Positions 63,760-64,000 of a stretch of DNA of 64,000 nucleotides are shown here, one piece after another. Numbering within the stretch: position 1 is the first letter of the stretch; the number at the start of each line of letters is the position of its first letter. A model generated the notes under the pieces. The model ran no database searches. It had not been told where the DNA came from and saw only the letters and a program-made list of their open reading frames with translations. This DNA is from the human T2T-CHM13v2.0 reference genome, Homo sapiens: assembly GCF_009914755.1 (NCBI RefSeq), contig NC_060930.1; one strand, given 5' to 3'. The position numbers were made by a program, and so were the translations under genes.

Positions 63760-64000
63760 GTATTTTAATTCTATATCATTATATAAAGCAAGGGTTCCTG
63801 ATCTGGGAGGATCAGTATTCATGGAGCTTTTTCTGGGGAAAGGGTTTATAAATAGTTCATGTATCTCCAACAGTGTTCCACATACCCCAAGAGCTGTGGG
63901 ACTACGAGTGGGAAGTTGGTGCAGAAGTCCTAGACTATGTTTCTCCAAGATTAAGGTGGTAGAGCAAGGATCAACAATCTTTTAAGAGAATCATGAAGTA

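Larger units (their letters stand above)
55037..64000 (+). other. TTK: TTK (MPS1) gene, 5' portion: exons 1-9, continues past the window
   Basis: Eight phase-consistent GT-AG coding exons splice to [20 protein letters not shown]...SCELRNLK (328 codons), the N-terminal extension, TPR domain and middle region of MPS1. TSS position is approximate. Confidence 0.97.

Overview
Primate genomic DNA, matching human as far as I can recall: the translated exons reproduce the human TTK/MPS1 N-terminus as I remember it, which would place the window at 6q14.1. The last ~9 kb hold the CpG-island promoter, non-coding exon 1 and coding exons 2-9 (codons 1-328) of TTK on the + strand; the gene runs off the right edge. 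The first ~54 kb are intergenic and dense in retroelements. They contain a full-length GAPDH processed pseudogene, a twin-primed (5'-inverted) L1PA4/5-like element, an RPL35A processed pseudogene split by a solo LTR (mostly missed by the ORF track), an L1PREC2/L1PA13-15-like element carrying an apparent ~340-bp 3' transduction, THE1, MLT1 and MLT2A LTRs, a complete MST LTR-int-LTR unit, a piggyBac MER75 MITE and about 16 Alu-family elements. I see no convincing new biological system. The best leads are the L1 3' transduction, a possible dual-specificity splice site/poison exon at TTK exon 5, and a rearranged DUX4-motif MLT2A LTR plus a candidate micro-exon upstream of TTK. Repeat subfamily calls come from remembered consensus sequences, not from a RepeatMasker run.
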